Below, in pieces: positions 59,501 to 64,000 of a stretch of 64,000 nucleotides of DNA. Source of the stretch: Epithemia pelagica (Eukaryota > Protista > Bacillariophyta). Every line of letters starts with the position of its first letter. Within the stretch, counting starts at the first letter, position 1. Location of the stretch: positions 2,976,001-3,040,000 of the forward strand of contig OX337234.1 of the NCBI GenBank assembly GCA_946965045.2, read 5' to 3'. The notes beneath the pieces were generated by a model. The model was not told the DNA's origin. It saw nothing but the letters and a program-made list of their open reading frames with translations, and searched no databases. The translations under genes and the position numbers were made by a program.

Positions 59501-62260
59501 TTTTTGTTGAGGAATGAGTCTCGTTTTGGGTTTTCGCATGAATTTGCATATGTTGATCTCAGGGATTTTGAGTCAGACAAACTTGAGAAGTTTTCGTGTG
59601 ATGCCTATGACGGCGAGGTTTTCCTGAAATCGTCTGTGGCTGATTACTTATATAGGCCACATGATTTAGAGGGTGTGTGTCTTTATGACTTCCTCTGCAG
59701 TTATTCTGTTGGGCGTGCGACCTCTAAAAACCGTGGAATGGAGTGGGTAGCAGAGCATCCGTCGCGGGGTAATTTGGTGTTGAAAAAAAATAAGAAAGAC
59801 AAAATTCCACTTATTTCCTTTCTGGATTTTGTTGATACAAAATTTTTTGGGGACAGGTCAATTGAAAATGTTAATGCATCGGGAGATGTTGTTCTTGATT
59901 CTGGTTTGGCAGCCATGGAATCTTATGCAAAGAAGGCCTGCCTTCTTTTTTACCCCTTTCGGCAGACAGGAGATCTTAGATCAGGGAATGGGAGATATCT
60001 GGGGAAATTCCAGCAGGGTTTGGCTGGTGGTATCATTTTGGAACAGCATTTGACGGTTCTTTCAAACATACAAGACTGTCGTAATAGTCTTAATTGCGGG
60101 AGACCGAGCGATTCTCTAGAAAGAGTGACAGAGCAACCATCGCTTGTTGTTGGTGATGCAGGTGATTCTGAGGAAGAGTGCGAAACAGGAATCGACCCTG
60201 GCATGGATGCAGTTTTTGATGAATTGATTTCGTGCCTGGATGTGAGTCGGCCGTTGTTAAGAAACGCTGATGGATTGTTGGCAGTTGAAAGCAGGTTTAT
60301 TCGGTCATGTGGGACAAACAAATGTGGTGAAAACTTGGTGGTCTGTCCGGAGTTGCCTGACTCGTCGCCATCAGTGTTTCGTGTCAGTTCAGATGAGCAC
60401 GCAGACAGTACTACCTTTGTACAGCATGCAAGTGTGGATGAGGAGGTATTTGAATCAAGAAGAATCACTTATAGAAGTTTGCATGAACTGTCTGTCCGTT
60501 TTCGTGAGCGTGTGATGGGTGTAGATGCTAACAGTCACCTGCAGGCAACTGGGACATTGGAGAATATTCGGGCGTATGCGGATGTGTGTTTTGGAACTGA
60601 TGTGGATCAAAAAAGAACTTTTGAGTCAATAGTAGCTGCGTTTGTGCTGGAATTATACAAGGAGGCAAATAGAACACAAGCAGCAGTCGACTCCGAAGAT
60701 GAACTGGAGGCAAACCACCAGAATACGAGGTTTCTTAGTTTACGCAAAAAAGAATTAGAAAAAGTGAATAGAGGTCATCAATACATCGCGTTCCTTTCGG
60801 GTGCAGGTGGTACGGGGAAAAGCCATGTTTTAAAATCGGTTGTCCGATATGCAAAGAGCATGTGCCGCAATTTGAGTGTTAAGTACGACAAGCGGACTAT
60901 TGTTGTGACCGCGCTTACTGGTGCGGCTGCTGTTGGTATAAATGGTGAAACAACCCATAATGCCTGTGCTATAAATCGAGAGGTTGATGGAGAGGTCGAG
61001 GAGTGGACAAATGCGTATATGTTGGTTGTGGATGAAATTTCGTTTGCATCCAAAGATGTGCTTATAAGTCTGCATCATAAACTGCGTGAGATCAAAGAAA
61101 ATGCAACTGCCCGGTATGGAGGAATTCCTGTGTTATTTGCTGGGGATTTTACGCAGTTGAAACCCGTGAAAGGATACCCCTTGTTTGTGTATAAGGATCT
61201 TGAACATTGGTATGATTGGGTGCATACGTTTATGGAGCTTCGAACTAATCATAGATTCGTCGACGATCCAGATTACGGTGAACTGCTTTTAAGGTATAGA
61301 GATATTGGGCCTGATGCAATAGATCTAGATACATTGAATACACGTGTTGTTGGTAGTCCTGGGGGGCCACGTGAGAGCGACATACCGTCTACGGCAGATT
61401 ATGCCACAAAGTCCAACATTGATCGTGCGGCTATTAACGATGCCATCTTTTGCAAACATTTGGCAGAAACACATTCAAAGGATCCGGAAAGGGACCCCCC
61501 TTTGCATACGATTTGCGTTCGTGCGTCTGACTTGCGTTGGAAGAAGCCGAAGACGAGAAGGGACTTTGTGGACTTTAATTCGGCCAGTAAAGACATGTTA
61601 TATGCGTATTGTGGTGAAGGACATGTTAAGAGTAAAGATAATAAGCATTACGACCCATTGTTGAAATTTTACTATGGTCGTCCATTGATGATTAATGACA
61701 ATATCGATGTTGAGAGGTGTGTTGCTAATGGGGCAATGTGCACTTTCCGTGAAGTTGTGTTGATGCCGGGAGTTACAGTTGGTGATATGGAGAAGATATG
61801 TATTGATGGCTACTTTGTTTGGTGTGTTAGTGTGTCACAAGTTCGGGGTTTGAAAGTGACAATGCAAGATGGTGTTGAAGGTTTCGTAGTGAATTTGGAG
61901 GCTACAAAAGTTACAGCCACTGTTCAGTTTCTTCTGCCGGAATTTGGTAGGAATGTGAGGATTAAGAAGACTATGAGGCTGAAGCAGTTTCCAATTAATG
62001 TATCAAATGCACGAACAGGACATAAATTGCAGGGAAGGTCGTTGCGTCATTTGGTGATTAGTTCATGGGACTATACGGATAATTGGGTGTATGTGTGTTT
62101 GTCTCGTTGTGCCACTTTGAATGGTTTGTTTTTGCGGCAGCCGTTAAATTTGGACAAAACAAGAGGCATTTCGGAAGAGTGTGCGAGATTCTATGAGTTG
62201 TTCAGGGAAACTAAACAGCTACCAGAAAAGGTTGTTCTGTTTGAGGAGGAGAGGGGATAG
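56561..62260 (+). pseudogene. Helitron Rep-helicase (HUH endonuclease + Pif1 SF1B helicase), disrupted
   Basis: N-terminal PPRYAIVNG...P..LTDLNEVELAMIA, FPLQFPYG, Rep motif 1 PSLLFTITP, HUH VEEQGRKTLHAHFLLW and Y-x3-Y YMTCYVSK. Helicase GAGGTGKS, VVDEIS, AGDFTQLKPV, HKLQGRSL, YVCLSR. Stops at 56843-5 and 58382-4; frameshifts in an A7 run (~57422) and a G4 run (~57812). Confidence 0.92.
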
Positions 62261-62289
62261 TACCGCTTTCGATGTTTTTGGATTGACAC

Positions 62290-62472
62290 CAGTCCATTTC
62301 CGTCAAAAATTTGATTCGTGAGGTCCAGTTCTATCATCCGTCGGCCTTGCGTCGTTCCTTGTCCGTTCCAATCGATTGTTTGTGTACAAATCAAACATGC
62401 ATTGATGGTTTTGGATTGACAGTCCATTGCCGTCAGAAATTTGAGTCGTGAGGTCCGGTTCTATCATCCGTC
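62290..62472. repeat. ~53-bp imperfect direct repeat (period ~130) between RepHel and cargo D
   Basis: CAGTCCATT.CCGTCA.AAATTTGA.TCGTGAGGTCC.GTTCTATCATCCGTC occurs twice. Confidence 0.85.
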
Positions 62473-62501
62473 ATCAGACAGCCAAATCGGGCTTTCATTT
62501 G

Positions 62502-62511
62502 TCTCATAAAT
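62502..62511 (+). promoter_or_regulatory. TCTCATAAAT motif ~48 bp upstream of cargo D ATG (also upstream of cargo A at 51918-51927 and cargo C at 54399-54408, minus strand)
   Basis: Same decamer, same orientation relative to the gene, ~48-53 bp before three ATGs. Confidence 0.55.
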
Positions 62512-62558
62512 TCTGTGAGATAGATTTCTGTTGGGTTGTTGGTTAAATAGTCAAGATC

Positions 62559-63326
62559 ATGTGCCGTTATATTGAATTGTCCTTGGATAGTTGTGATTTT
62601 GGGACAAGCGATAAGTCAGTGGAGTTTCAGGTTCAGGTTGGTCTGTCAGCTCGCTGGCGGTTCAAGGGAGTGTGTCCACGGGACACACGGATGGCTGTGC
62701 ATCGCCAGAAGGTTGCTGATGCATTGGAAGTTGAGGCTTGTTTGATTGGGTTAGTCTGTTTCACGACGAATCGGGCGGTCAGTGGTCGTGAATGTGTCGG
62801 TGACCAGTGCTGTGTGGGAGTTCGGTGGGCTGTGAATCCAAATGAGAGGAATGAAACCTGGGGGTTCGAACGTGCAACACCAGATGACTTCGTGCTGCGT
62901 GATACGTACAATAGATATTTTTGTTGTGAGGCCAACGAGTATGTTGATCTGTTGAATGAGTGGGAGCGTGGGTATGATTGTTCCTTTCCGTCTGGTCGCG
63001 AATGGCCGGTCACGTTCCAAGAAAATGTGGTTAATTGGCTGTCTTGTCGTGTGGCTACGAATGCATTGTTAGGGGAGTTCACCGTCATTATTAACTGTTA
63101 TTGGAAGGTTCGCCATGTTAAGGCGGAGTTGTATAAGTTTATGGGGGTCGATCCAACTTTTATGATTCTTAAAAAGTCAGGAGAGAGTGCGGAATTGGAT
63201 GACGATGCAGCGGTGATCCAGGAAATTTATGGGGAGAATTGTACGGCGGTTTTGCAGTTGTCCTTGGATGTTGAAATGATGGTCAAGTTGGTGGCAGGGC
63301 ATCCATTGTTGTGTTTCTTTCGTTAA
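62559..63326 (+). CDS. Helitron cargo D: two predicted ubiquitin-like domains, paralog of cargo A
   Basis: KVADALEV...VRWAV vs RVSEALEV...VRWSV; WLSCRVATNALLGEF...KAELYKFMGVDPTFMILKKSG vs WLPCRVKTNNLMGEL...MAELYK...GVDPGFMILKKSG. Confidence 0.65.
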   Translation: MCRYIELSLDSCDFGTSDKSVEFQVQVGLSARWRFKGVCPRDTRMAVHRQKVADALEVEACLIGLVCFTTNRAVSGRECVGDQCCVGVRWAVNPNERNETWGFERATPDDFVLRDTYNRYFCCEANEYVDLLNEWERGYDCSFPSGREWPVTFQENVVNWLSCRVATNALLGEFTVIINCYWKVRHVKAELYKFMGVDPTFMILKKSGESAELDDDAAVIQEIYGENCTAVLQLSLDVEMMVKLVAGHPLLCFFR

Positions 63327-64000
63327 ATCGATTTAGTCATGTGAGCGGGTAGACAGGGGTCTTGAGTGTTGCTGTATGGTTTGGATGGCATAATGAAACT
63401 CTAGAAATTAAATTTATTCTCCTAGTCATGTTTGTTATGGAACTTTAGTGTCCCATCTCATAGTGGGTGGATCTCAGGTTGTTTTGATCTACACTTTCCT
63501 CTTCCTGTTTTGACGTGGACCGACGTGGTGAGGTGGTTGTGATTTATTGCGGACGCTAGCCCCAGCCGTCATGGGGGGTATGGGTGGGTCAGGTTGGCGT
63601 GGTAGGTTATGAGCCCTTTTATGTTTGGGTGGTCGTTGAACTCAGACGTTCCATCCCGAAGGGTACTGTCTCGCTAAATCTTCGCTCACAAACGCGACCA
63701 TTTCTCGATTTGGCCTCACAACTCACAAGCAAGGCATACGAGCAGGTATCCAGTAAGTACGAGTATTTAGCAGAGACGGTAGTTCGTAATTGGTGGTTGT
63801 AGTTCGTGGCTGCAGGGTTCGGGTGGGAGAAAGCAGTGGCATCTGGCAAATGTGAAATGACAGAGCAGTCGACTAACCTGCAATTAATAAAAGGAATGAC
63901 CACTCCTTTGCGACTGTGTATTCTTTCCTTGGAGTGGTGGGGCAAACGGAGTGGACAAGGACAGACTAAACCGTAGTGGAGTTTTCATATATTAAACTAC

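Overview
Eukaryotic, gene- and transposon-dense window. It is probably a pennate diatom; this is inferred from a CoDi-like copia element, short GT-AG introns and a plastid-type presequence. The left 40 kb holds two tandem diverged DDE-transposase elements, a PIF/Harbinger-type locus, several pseudogenised Crinkler-related (nuclease, kinase, NTPase) genes, a MITE, and ordinary host genes (CDIN1/TPD-like, NTF2-like, PP2C, PPT1, HIBCH, COX23-like, HAD hydrolase, class-3 lipase, HIP/ST13). The right 24 kb (40290-63711) resolves base by base into one nested structure: a Ty1/copia element with (G)ATTT target duplication and two identical ~111-bp LTRs. One LTR is split by a 3.9-kb piggyBac inserted at its TTAA. 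The other is split by a 13.2-kb Helitron2/Helentron-type element. That Helitron carries a broken Rep-helicase gene and four intact cargo ORFs. Three of the four are predicted ubiquitin-like proteins, and three of the four share a TCTCATAAAT motif about 50 bp upstream of their ATG. This Helitron cargo system is the best candidate for an undescribed system. Family assignments come from motifs read by eye; no database searches were run.
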